Source of the DNA: a virus | DNA: 64,000 nt | Strand: one strand, 5' to 3' | IMG/VR virus record: IMGVR_UViG_3300021085_000009 | Location: 32,001 to 96,000 of that record | In this document: in pieces, positions 1-8,141 of the stretch | Layout: every line of letters begins with the position of its first letter | How positions within the stretch are numbered: the first letter of the stretch is position 1 | Notes under the pieces: generated by a model | The model's database searches: none | What the model was told of the DNA's origin: nothing | What the model saw: the letters and a program-made list of their open reading frames with translations, nothing else | Program-made: the position numbers and the translations under genes

Positions 1-6
1 ATTCAT
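1..6 (-). CDS. Start (ATG AAT) of a gene running off the left edge of the window
   Basis: On the minus strand AAAAAGGTAATATT-ATG lies just downstream of the promoter at 33-61. Only two codons are visible. Confidence 0.45.
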
Positions 7-32
7 AATATTACCTTTTTAATTAATAGTAT

Positions 33-61
33 ATTATACCATACTTTTAGTATAATGTACA
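33..61 (-). promoter_or_regulatory. Early/middle-type promoter TGTACA-N17-TATAAT (extended -10 TGGTATAAT)
   Basis: Minus strand reads TGTACA ttatactaaaagtatgg TATAAT. Same architecture occurs at four other sites. Confidence 0.8.
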
Positions 62-64
62 TAG

Positions 65-352
65 TTAGTTTGAATTAATCCTATCATGCTCATAAAGAGC
101 GAGTAATGCATAATGCAATACCTTCATAAGATCCTTTCGGTGGTCTTTCACATCACCTTTTTTCCCGTACCTTGCATTGTATTTATCGACATTACCTAGG
201 AAGAATCCTAGACCATGTCCACGATCCACTATAACCTCAGAGGATTGTAATCCTCCTTGACCATAATGTGCATCGTACGTAGAATCGATATACGCTTGGA
301 GCTCTTTGATTAGAGCTCCTTCGTTAAATTTATAATTAATCTGTTTCGACAT
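65..352 (-). CDS. DUF3310-family protein (SaV-like / T7 gp1.7 nucleotide kinase-like)
   Basis: HY...GFFLGNVDKYNARYGKK...DLMKVLHY pattern. Usual position next to the cobS-like gene in marine T4-likes. Confidence 0.7.
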   Translation of the reverse strand: MSKQINYKFNEGALIKELQAYIDSTYDAHYGQGGLQSSEVIVDRGHGLGFFLGNVDKYNARYGKKGDVKDHRKDLMKVLHYALLALYEHDRINSN

Positions 353-1463
353 AATAATCCTCGTCAGTAATTGTTTCTATGCCTGCATCGACCTTACTGT
401 AAAGATCTAGGAATGCTGCTTTTGTATCATCATCAAACCTTGAGATACATAAATCAATTGATTTCATTTTATCTTTAAAGATTGAGAATGTTTGTGCAAT
501 ATGACACAACCTTCTTGTTGAAATAACCTCATCGACTCCATCATCGTAGAAAGTTTTTCTGATGATATCTGCCCATCCCACTAAGTTATCAGCAAAGTCT
601 GTGTCGACTTCTCCAAATTTTTTCATGTGGTTATTAACAATTTTCTTTTCAACTGATACTGATGGAAATGCTTGATCTATTGAGATAGTAAATCTTTCCA
701 AGAATGCATCGTCGATAATTGAGGCAGCTGTGAATCTTCCATCGTCTGACCCTTTACCCTTTGTGTTAGCAGTTGCTATTACATTGAAGCCACTAGAAGG
801 TGTTACTACCTCTCCAGTTTTTTTAACTAAAACTGGTTTACCTTCTAAGATTCCTTGAAGGCACATAATTTTATTTGTAGCTCTATCAATTTCATCTAGA
901 AGAAGTATAGCTCCGTTTTCCATAGCTTTTAGAACTGGACCTTTGGAGAAAACTGTTTCGCCATTGATTAATCTAAATCCGCCAATTAAATCGTCTTCAT
1001 CTGTCTCTGGATTAATTTGCACTCTGATAAACTCTCTGCCTTCTTTAGCACATGCTTGTTCGACCATAAAGGTTTTACCATTACCGCTTAGACCTGACAC
1101 ATAGATGGGATAGAACATTTCAGATTTAACGACTTTAACGACGTCTGAATATGCACCCCATGGTACGAATGTAGGATCAACTGAAGCAAACGTTTTCTCT
1201 TCATTTACTATTGATTGCATTCCAACTACTGTTGGTGATGTTTTAGCCATTGTATTAGATTCCCTCATTGGAATAATAACAGCTGAAAGATCGTATTGAC
1301 CTCTGACATCAGTCCTGTTATCAGTTGACGTTAGAGGTGAATAATCACTCTTTTTAAATCCTAGCGAATTTGCTATAGATACGATTTCTGCCTTTTTAAA
1401 GACAGTGCTATCTGGATATGTTTCCATTAAGCTTTTCAGTATTGTGTTTGTATTTACGTTCAT
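336..1463 (-). CDS. cobS: MoxR-type AAA+ ATPase (phage CobS-like)
   Basis: Walker A GLSGNGKT, Walker B LLLDEID, ATANTKGKG and AFLERF motifs. ATG at 1463 has an AAGGA RBS and is preferred over the upstream non-ATG start at 1481. Confidence 0.88.
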   Translation of the reverse strand: MNVNTNTILKSLMETYPDSTVFKKAEIVSIANSLGFKKSDYSPLTSTDNRTDVRGQYDLSAVIIPMRESNTMAKTSPTVVGMQSIVNEEKTFASVDPTFVPWGAYSDVVKVVKSEMFYPIYVSGLSGNGKTFMVEQACAKEGREFIRVQINPETDEDDLIGGFRLINGETVFSKGPVLKAMENGAILLLDEIDRATNKIMCLQGILEGKPVLVKKTGEVVTPSSGFNVIATANTKGKGSDDGRFTAASIIDDAFLERFTISIDQAFPSVSVEKKIVNNHMKKFGEVDTDFADNLVGWADIIRKTFYDDGVDEVISTRRLCHIAQTFSIFKDKMKSIDLCISRFDDDTKAAFLDLYSKVDAGIETITDEDYYVETD

Positions 1464-1479
1464 AATATAGTTCCTTATC

Positions 1480-1557
1480 AATTTATATAACTATTATACC
1501 ATAGTTACTGCATAGTGTACAGGGTTATTTGCATTTATTTGCAAAATAATTAGCCTA
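1480..1557. repeat. ~78-bp direct repeat copy 1 (promoter cassette); copy 2 at 3970-4047
   Basis: 1480-1501 is identical to 3970-3991 and 1530-1557 is identical to 4020-4047. TGTACAGGGTT is shared. Only the promoter spacer and two nearby bases differ. Confidence 0.92.
1493..1521 (-). promoter_or_regulatory. Early/middle-type promoter for the cobS-like gene
   Basis: TGTACA ctatgcagtaactatgg TATAAT (17-bp spacer). Confidence 0.85.
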
Positions 1558-1564
1558 AGTATCA

Positions 1565-3730
1565 CTATGCTACTGCTTGGCCAAATTTAGTCATCAAACT
1601 CTTATTGACCTTTTTACTTGAGCTATACTTTTTAAATGCTCTTGTTATTTGGCTTTTAGTTTGATCAGAAGTTGCTTCGAATTCGTCCTCGTCGGTATTA
1701 AACTCTTTGTCCAATACAATGTAGAGATTATCATAGCCTTTACTGTTTTTGTACTCGATACATTTGTTTTTGTTTCTTTCCTTTAACTTTGTTTTCTTAT
1801 GCTTATCAAAACTAGTGTCCCAATCATTAGCATCTTTATTTTGATCTCTATAACTTGAGAATATAGCACTATTTAGATCGCTTCTAGAATCAGCAATATA
1901 GAATCCTATAACATTAACTCCGTATCTTTTCTTAAGATTTTGTAAAAGACTTTTAGTACCATTAACGCCTCTTCCAGCTAGTGTTAGCTTTTTGCCGTCA
2001 ATAGTAGTTTTAATTTCTGCATCGTAGCCATAGTATGAGCTCGTGGTAGGAAGCTTCTTGTCTGCAAGAGATCTATCTTCAATAATGCTTAATCTGTTTG
2101 TATCACCATCTGTAATTAACATAAGGTTAACTTTCTCTAGATTTTTTATTGCTTTAAATTTCTTAATTAATTTGTGTGAACAAACTAGTGCATGGTTTAA
2201 AGGTGTTGATCCCCATTCTTCGCATCTATCGTATATTGAGTAATCATGAGGTCCTCTAGCACATTCCATTCTAGCATAAAGGTATTTTAAAGCTAATTCA
2301 AAATCATTCTTTTTAAGATCTGAATGAATAAGCTGAGGCATTGATAAATTGTCCATTTGAAAATCACCATCTCTATAAGAAGTATAATCGTAATTTCCGC
2401 CAGTTGTAAATGCGTATACATCAAACGGTATATTAACTGTTTTACAAAATATAATGCTATGAACTAATTGATCTAGTACATTACTTAAAACACCTGCCAT
2501 CGATCCAGAATAATCGATTAACATAAACATTCCATGATTTTTAGAATTGGCTAGGTTAGTCGTTTGTGAAAAAATGTCTTCTGATATTTTGTATGAATGT
2601 AATTTGTTAACATCAATTCTACCAGTTTTTGCTGTAGTAGCATACTGCCATTGATGCGCAGCTTTCTTTTGCTCAAATTCTTTTACTGCTGGCTGAACCG
2701 CTTTCTTAACTTTACTTAAGTACTTTTTAAATTCTACTTCCATATTCATTGTAAGAATTTGTTTTTTGTTAACAGTTCCATCTTCGTATTCGTGATTAAA
2801 ACCTTCTAATACCTTTTTTCTTCTAGACATTAAGTCTTTAAATGGAACAACAAATGGTGTAACGTCCTTAACATCATTAGCATAGAATGTAGTTGATACC
2901 TCAGGTATTAAATCCTTTTCCTTTGCTCTAAAGATTTCATCTGTAATAGATACATCTTCATCACTATGCTCTGGTAAAGGCGAGGCTACTGCTTTCTCCG
3001 CTTGTCCTGGTTCCTCAGAATCGTTAGATTCCTCGCCGTCTCTTGGTTCCTCTTCAGTAGCCTCTTGTTCTTCACTTGGTGTTTGCTCAAAATCATCATG
3101 ACCTTGAGTAGTAGGATCGTCGTTTTCTTCAGTATCGCTTTCATCAAAATCTGGAAGCGTCTCTGGTTTTTGAATTAGTTCTTCTTGGTTTTCTTTAGTA
3201 TAAGCTAAAATATCTCTAACAACATTTAAAACATCTTCGAATGATTCAGTAACCATTGTAGCGTTATATAATGCTGATTCTTCAGAGTTCATTGGAACAT
3301 TTAGTAATGTACCAATTTTAGCTTTAAGATTAATTTTATCAATTAACTTTACTTTTGCCCAATCAATATCAGTAAGATCGCCAAAGAATTCCTTAGCTAC
3401 TAATGAAGTATATCCTCTTGCCATTGGTCCAACCAATCCAGGATATTTTGATTTAATGTTTTTTTCAATCCTAGCGTCTTCAACTACATTAATGTATGAC
3501 CTAGGACATCCTTCTAATTTTTCTGGGCTATCGTGCCAGCCTTCGTATGGAGTAAATAATGCATGCCCTACTTCGTGACCTATAAAAAGATCCTCAACGT
3601 CCTTTGACATGTCTTTCCAATCTGGAAGACCTAGTACTCTGGATTTAATATCAAACCAAGCAGTATTATAGTTACCAACTTGGACAGTGATATTTTCTGT
3701 TGCTAGAAGTTTTGCTAAACTATTATTCAT
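1565..3730 (-). CDS. HExxH metallopeptidase-like plus von Willebrand factor A (vWA) protein (CobT-like MoxR partner)
   Basis: N-terminal HEVGH...NVVEDARIE, an acidic linker, and MIDAS motifs LIDYSGSM, GSTPL and LITDGD. Adjacent to the MoxR ATPase. Confidence 0.85.
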   Translation of the reverse strand: MNNSLAKLLATENITVQVGNYNTAWFDIKSRVLGLPDWKDMSKDVEDLFIGHEVGHALFTPYEGWHDSPEKLEGCPRSYINVVEDARIEKNIKSKYPGLVGPMARGYTSLVAKEFFGDLTDIDWAKVKLIDKINLKAKIGTLLNVPMNSEESALYNATMVTESFEDVLNVVRDILAYTKENQEELIQKPETLPDFDESDTEENDDPTTQGHDDFEQTPSEEQEATEEEPRDGEESNDSEEPGQAEKAVASPLPEHSDEDVSITDEIFRAKEKDLIPEVSTTFYANDVKDVTPFVVPFKDLMSRRKKVLEGFNHEYEDGTVNKKQILTMNMEVEFKKYLSKVKKAVQPAVKEFEQKKAAHQWQYATTAKTGRIDVNKLHSYKISEDIFSQTTNLANSKNHGMFMLIDYSGSMAGVLSNVLDQLVHSIIFCKTVNIPFDVYAFTTGGNYDYTSYRDGDFQMDNLSMPQLIHSDLKKNDFELALKYLYARMECARGPHDYSIYDRCEEWGSTPLNHALVCSHKLIKKFKAIKNLEKVNLMLITDGDTNRLSIIEDRSLADKKLPTTSSYYGYDAEIKTTIDGKKLTLAGRGVNGTKSLLQNLKKRYGVNVIGFYIADSRSDLNSAIFSSYRDQNKDANDWDTSFDKHKKTKLKERNKNKCIEYKNSKGYDNLYIVLDKEFNTDEDEFEATSDQTKSQITRAFKKYSSSKKVNKSLMTKFGQAVA

Positions 3731-3954
3731 TAATGTGCTACCCTTGAAACGCCGTCGACCACGATTTTTTCTAAATCCCAGTTGCCGTCGTTGATTGTAA
3801 TGTCTGACCTAGAGGCTACTGAAGCTACCATTAAGTCCCAGCTATCGTTTACAGTAGGGCCATTATCCATAGCTAATTGCATCTCTTTGCCGTTTAAAGG
3901 AACCTCTTGAATGATCCCTGTAGCGATGTGGTGTAAAATTAAACCTTGTTTCAT
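3730..3954 (-). CDS. Hypothetical early protein (74 aa)
   Basis: AAGGAG/AAGGA RBS, directly downstream of a promoter, TAATG overlap with the next gene. Confidence 0.75.
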   Translation of the reverse strand: MKQGLILHHIATGIIQEVPLNGKEMQLAMDNGPTVNDSWDLMVASVASRSDITINDGNWDLEKIVVDGVSRVAH

Positions 3955-3969
3955 AATCCTTATCTCCTT

Positions 3970-4047
3970 AATTTATATAACTATTATACCAGGCTGATGG
4001 TGGATTGTACAGGGTTTTCTGCATTTATTTGCAAAATAATTAGCCTA
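3970..4047. repeat. ~78-bp direct repeat copy 2 (promoter cassette)
   Basis: Matches 1480-1557 except in the promoter spacer and two nearby bases. Confidence 0.92.
3983..4011 (-). promoter_or_regulatory. Early/middle-type promoter
   Basis: TGTACA atccaccatcagcctgg TATAAT (17-bp spacer). Confidence 0.85.
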
Positions 4048-4057
4048 TTTTACACTT

Positions 4058-5773
4058 TTATCTTATTTTAGAAAAGTTTCTGTCCTTATAGAACTCTATT
4101 TTAGACCTAAATTTATTCTCTAGAACATCGCCCTTATGTGATATAATAAACACATTGGTTCCTTCTTCTAGAGTATTTAGGATTTTGGTGAGGTTATCAA
4201 TACCATCAAGATCTAGTGATGAGTCGAATGTCTCATCTAAAACTAGTAGATTAGTGGCTGCTGAATTTTTCATTTTAGCAATCATCCTCCATGTGAACAA
4301 TAATGCTAAATCGATTCTTTGTTTTTCACCTTCTGAGAACGATGAATAGTTAAATGCATCCCTATGACGACTCCTAATGGTTTCGTTAAATGCTTCGTCT
4401 AAATGAAAAGCTACAAAGAAATCCAATACTTGTAAATATTGATTTATGAATCTATTCATTACAGGTAAATACTGCTTAATAACTTTGGTTTTAATTCCAG
4501 TATCTTTAAGCATTTCACCTATAACTTCGTTGTATGTTCTTTCTTCTACATATGACAATTTCTTTTCTGTCATACTATCTTTCTTTTCTCTTTGATCTGA
4601 TAGGTCAGTCTTTGCTGTAGTTATATCACCTGATTGGCCATTAAGACTTCTAATGTCTTTTTGGATTTTATCAATTTCTTTTTGTAGTAAACTTACAGCT
4701 TCGTTATTCGTGGTTATTTGATTTTGTTTTTTCAGTAAATGCTCTAGTGTCTTTTTAGCAAGAGTTGCTTCTTTTTCTAGGAAGCTAATCTGTTTCACAA
4801 CCTTAGACATTTCGTTTTGGATTTTATTAGCTTCTTCTTTAATTTGAGTAAGTTTAGTTTCTTTAAAACTATCCTCTAGGTCATGATCGCATGTAGGGCA
4901 ATGATCGTTGTCTTCATAAAATCTAGCTTCTTTGACCATACCTTTTATTTTATCAGTTAGTTCATGTTCTTTTCTTTGAAGCTGTCTGATATCAGAATCA
5001 GTAACTGAATATGATCTGTTAATTTCTTCTAGATTCGTAGATAAATTTTCACCAAGCTCTGCAGACTTACTAACATATCCTTGGATTTCTGTTTTATGCT
5101 CTTTCATCGTAGCATACTTAGCATCAATCATATCTTGATTAATACCTTGAAGATCTTTAATATATTTAGTTTGGCTTTGTATTTTAGACTTTACTAATTC
5201 TAAGTTATGATCTAAATCTATTAGTTCATCCTTAATTTTAGAATTCCTTTCCTTTAATAGACCATTCATCTTACTAAAAATGTTAATGTCTAATAAATCT
5301 TCAATGACTGCTCTACGCGACCATGGTGGTAATTGCATAAAAGGAATAAAGGAACTGCTACCTAGTACTACTACCTGGTGAAACGATTTATGATTTAATT
5401 TAAGTATATTTTGTTCTAAAAACTTTTGATAATCTCTAGCATTTGCTGCTTGATTAATTATTTTACCATTTTGGAATATCTCAAACTTAGTAGGTTTAAT
5501 AGTTCTTCTGACTTTGAAATCAACTCCACCAATTTCAAATTCAACTTCTACTTCAGTACCCTTTTTATTAATAGAATTAACTAATTGATCTTTCTTAATA
5601 TCTCTATGTGCTTTACCAAATAGAGAATATGATAATGCATCTAGTAATGTAGATTTACCTGCTCCGTTTGATCCTACTATAAGAGTAGATGGTGTTTTAT
5701 CTAATTGTATTTTTGTAAATTCATTTCCAGTGGACAAAAAGTTTTTCCACTTAACATATTTAAAATTTATCAT
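4058..5773 (-). CDS. gp46: Recombination endonuclease ATPase subunit (Rad50/SbcC-like)
   Basis: GSNGAGKST P-loop, CPTC zinc hook, FSEGEKQRIDLA signature, LVLDETFD, ISHK. Confidence 0.97.
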   Translation of the reverse strand: MINFKYVKWKNFLSTGNEFTKIQLDKTPSTLIVGSNGAGKSTLLDALSYSLFGKAHRDIKKDQLVNSINKKGTEVEVEFEIGGVDFKVRRTIKPTKFEIFQNGKIINQAANARDYQKFLEQNILKLNHKSFHQVVVLGSSSFIPFMQLPPWSRRAVIEDLLDINIFSKMNGLLKERNSKIKDELIDLDHNLELVKSKIQSQTKYIKDLQGINQDMIDAKYATMKEHKTEIQGYVSKSAELGENLSTNLEEINRSYSVTDSDIRQLQRKEHELTDKIKGMVKEARFYEDNDHCPTCDHDLEDSFKETKLTQIKEEANKIQNEMSKVVKQISFLEKEATLAKKTLEHLLKKQNQITTNNEAVSLLQKEIDKIQKDIRSLNGQSGDITTAKTDLSDQREKKDSMTEKKLSYVEERTYNEVIGEMLKDTGIKTKVIKQYLPVMNRFINQYLQVLDFFVAFHLDEAFNETIRSRHRDAFNYSSFSEGEKQRIDLALLFTWRMIAKMKNSAATNLLVLDETFDSSLDLDGIDNLTKILNTLEEGTNVFIISHKGDVLENKFRSKIEFYKDRNFSKIR

Positions 5774-6831
5774 ACGACCTCTAGGTTCTGAGCTTCGGTA
5801 TAAAGCTTTCTCAATTCAACTTTTAAATGATCTTTATCTAGTTCAGTGTCGACTGCTTCAACATATGAATCTAGTAGAACAGTAGTATCTTCAAGGGAAA
5901 CTTTATCGTCCTCAACACTATCTCCTAAAAATTCCTCAAAGTTTTCTGCTATTTTTAATTCGTATGTTTCAATAGATTGTAACTTATCGATAAATTTATC
6001 AAACATGTATAGATTGTTTTTATTTAATACTATAATCTTAACAAATTTTTCTTTAAATTGTTCCATATCAATATCAGAATAATCATGAGTTTCATCGTCA
6101 TACACAAACTTTTTAAACATTGTAATAGGATTTCGTACAGGTGTAATCTCTCTAGTTTCTGTATCTAATATGTGAAAATATTTTGGATCATCAACATCTG
6201 CCCAAGTAAATTCAAACTGTGAACCGAGATAATGAATTGGTCCTCTAGATGATTTTGTATGGAAATGTCCTGATAACACTAGCTCAAATCTTTGGAATAT
6301 ATCAGACTCCATACCGTGAGGATTAGATATACCTGCCATCATATCAAAACCTTTTAACTCAAGATGTGCTCCTACTATAGAAGCTTTACAGTTCTTAAGA
6401 AACTTTGTGTATTCAGCATAGTTAGAATTGTTAATCCATGGAATTGCAGCAACACCACAACCAGCATAATCCAATACTTTAGGTTTCATAATAATATTAA
6501 CATTAGATGTAAAATAACCTAGTAATTCTTTTAGAGAACAAAGCTCATTGGTATTCTTAAAATACACATCATGATTACCAGGTATAATATCCATAGTAAT
6601 ACCAGCATCTCGCATTGGTTCTAAAAAGTCTCTACGGTTTTGGTTAAGAGCTTTAAAGTTAACAAATTTACGATGTTCGTAATAATCGCCTAAGTGAAGT
6701 ATTTGTTTAATATCGTGTTCTTTCAAATAAGGAAAGAATACTTCCTCATAAAACCTTCTTTGATAATTTAAAAATATATCTGATGAATTTCTTACACCAC
6801 AATGTGTGTCATTTAAAATAGCTACTTTCAT
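5770..6831 (-). CDS. gp47: Recombination endonuclease nuclease subunit (Mre11/SbcD-like)
   Basis: Metallophosphoesterase motifs DTHCG, LGDYY, GNHD and SGHFH. Directly upstream of gp46. Confidence 0.97.
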   Translation of the reverse strand: MKVAILNDTHCGVRNSSDIFLNYQRRFYEEVFFPYLKEHDIKQILHLGDYYEHRKFVNFKALNQNRRDFLEPMRDAGITMDIIPGNHDVYFKNTNELCSLKELLGYFTSNVNIIMKPKVLDYAGCGVAAIPWINNSNYAEYTKFLKNCKASIVGAHLELKGFDMMAGISNPHGMESDIFQRFELVLSGHFHTKSSRGPIHYLGSQFEFTWADVDDPKYFHILDTETREITPVRNPITMFKKFVYDDETHDYSDIDMEQFKEKFVKIIVLNKNNLYMFDKFIDKLQSIETYELKIAENFEEFLGDSVEDDKVSLEDTTVLLDSYVEAVDTELDKDHLKVELRKLYTEAQNLEVV

Positions 6832-6832
6832 A

Positions 6833-7399
6833 TTATACCATAAACAATTCTAGTTTTTCTAAATCTTTTTCAGCTTTAGCAAATTTCTTAATTTTCTCAT
6901 CAGAAGTTTTAACCTTAGCGATTCTTTGTCTTAGTGTATCGACATACTCCATGGTTTGCTGTGCACCTGCATCATCCATCCCCATTTGAGCAAAATCTTC
7001 AATACCCATTCTTTCAATAAACCTAAATTTAATATCCTGTTGCTTTTTCTCTTTTGTAATTCTACGAATAAACGCAAAGTAACAAATTTGAGTAAAGTAT
7101 GAAAATGCGTTTGGCTTTCCAGTTCTTGTTGCTGTTTCAATATTGTAATTAGAAATAGCCTTTAAACAATTTTCTACTGCATCCATAACCATTTCTTCTC
7201 TGTATGTGTATCTTACAAAGTTTGGTCTGTGGGATAAACCTTCTGATATTTTTAAGAAGCAAGAGGCAATATAGTTAGTAACCTTAGGGGTTTCTTTACC
7301 TTCTTCTTCCAACTTATTTTTATTAGTAACATACTCAACTACAGCGAGTGAAAATTCTTTGTTATTAATATAGTGTGGCTTTTGCTTTGGATCTGCCAT
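6833..7399 (-). CDS. gp55: Late-transcription sigma factor
   Basis: HYINNKEF...HRPNFVRYTYREEMVMDAVENCL...NAFSYFTQICYFAFIRRI motifs. Located next to gp47. Confidence 0.95.
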   Translation of the reverse strand: MADPKQKPHYINNKEFSLAVVEYVTNKNKLEEEGKETPKVTNYIASCFLKISEGLSHRPNFVRYTYREEMVMDAVENCLKAISNYNIETATRTGKPNAFSYFTQICYFAFIRRITKEKKQQDIKFRFIERMGIEDFAQMGMDDAGAQQTMEYVDTLRQRIAKVKTSDEKIKKFAKAEKDLEKLELFMV

Positions 7400-7434
7400 A
7401 GTTAAATCTCCATTATTAATGTTGTATAGGTACT

Positions 7435-7463
7435 ATTATACCATAAAATCATTCATTTGTACA
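7435..7463 (-). promoter_or_regulatory. Early/middle-type promoter for the gp55-gp47-gp46 operon
   Basis: TGTACA aatgaatgattttatgg TATAAT, followed by a GGAG RBS. Confidence 0.82.
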
Positions 7464-7652
7464 TAGTTTTGTGAATGTTGTTTGCATTAATCCATCGTCT
7501 GTTTCATTAACGCTAACGCGTAGGGTGTCCCCATCATTAAAGTTAAAAAACTTTTGAATGTTAAGATCTTTATCGATTACTAATGCTTTATTCTTTCGAT
7601 GTATTCTATAGTCGCAAAACATCATCTCATTTTGATCAGGTTTATATATCAT
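7449..7652 (-). CDS. Small hypothetical protein (possible AbrB-like fold)
   Basis: AAAAGG RBS and fills the gap between genes. FNFNDGDTLRVSVNE weakly resembles the AbrB GD motif. Confidence 0.6.
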   Translation of the reverse strand: MIYKPDQNEMMFCDYRIHRKNKALVIDKDLNIQKFFNFNDGDTLRVSVNETDDGLMQTTFTKLCTNE

Positions 7653-7680
7653 TTTAATTGCCTTTTATTGCAGAAAGTCC

Positions 7681-7709
7681 TGTACAAATTACAGAAAACG
7701 TGGTATAAT
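7681..7709 (+). promoter_or_regulatory. Inverted (antisense) promoter of the same TGTACA-N17-TATAAT class
   Basis: Plus strand reads TGTACA aattacagaaaacgtgg TATAAT. Upstream GCAGAAAGTCC resembles GCAGAAAACCC of the 3983-4011 promoter. No credible plus-strand ORF follows. Confidence 0.75.
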
Positions 7710-7742
7710 AATAGAGTGGTTCCGAGGGAGGGTAATATAAAG

Positions 7743-8141
7743 CTAATGTATTGTTCGTTCCTTTGGTTCATCATCAACTGATGGTTCCTCCATATCGCTG
7801 GTAGGATCGATGTCTCTTAACATTCTGACATATTCTTCTAAACCTTCAGAGTCCGAATCGCCGACAGGCGTCTCCAAAGTTCTTTTCTGTGAAGCTATAC
7901 TGATATAGGCTTCTCTTATTTCTGCACTAATTTCTGCTGAATGTATAATTCTCGATCGTAGTATTTTAAATAGGGTTTGGTCCGAAAATTGGAACCATGG
8001 TGTTAATTGGTATTGACCTACTAAATTTTGAATAAGTTTAAATGGTCTTTCGACAACGTAATTTTCACCATCAACTTTGTTAACTAAGGCAATAATGTCT
8101 TCGCCACTATATAATTTAAATTGTCTTACCGATATGTCCAT
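7743..8141 (-). CDS. Conserved marine T4-like protein, probable Sm-like fold
   Basis: FKLYSGEDIIA...RPFKL...LTPW pattern typical of the gene between uvsW and gp55. Confidence 0.7.
   Translation of the reverse strand: MDISVRQFKLYSGEDIIALVNKVDGENYVVERPFKLIQNLVGQYQLTPWFQFSDQTLFKILRSRIIHSAEISAEIREAYISIASQKRTLETPVGDSDSEGLEEYVRMLRDIDPTSDMEEPSVDDEPKERTIH

Noticed and set aside
336-3730. CobS/CobT as a cobalamin-biosynthesis auxiliary metabolic pair
   Set aside because: No cobN or other cob genes are in the window, and the partner carries an HExxH domain. A generic MoxR-vWA system is the safer call.
7599-7781. 60-aa plus-strand ORF near the inverted promoter
   Set aside because: It starts upstream of the promoter, so that promoter cannot express it, and it overlaps two minus-strand genes.
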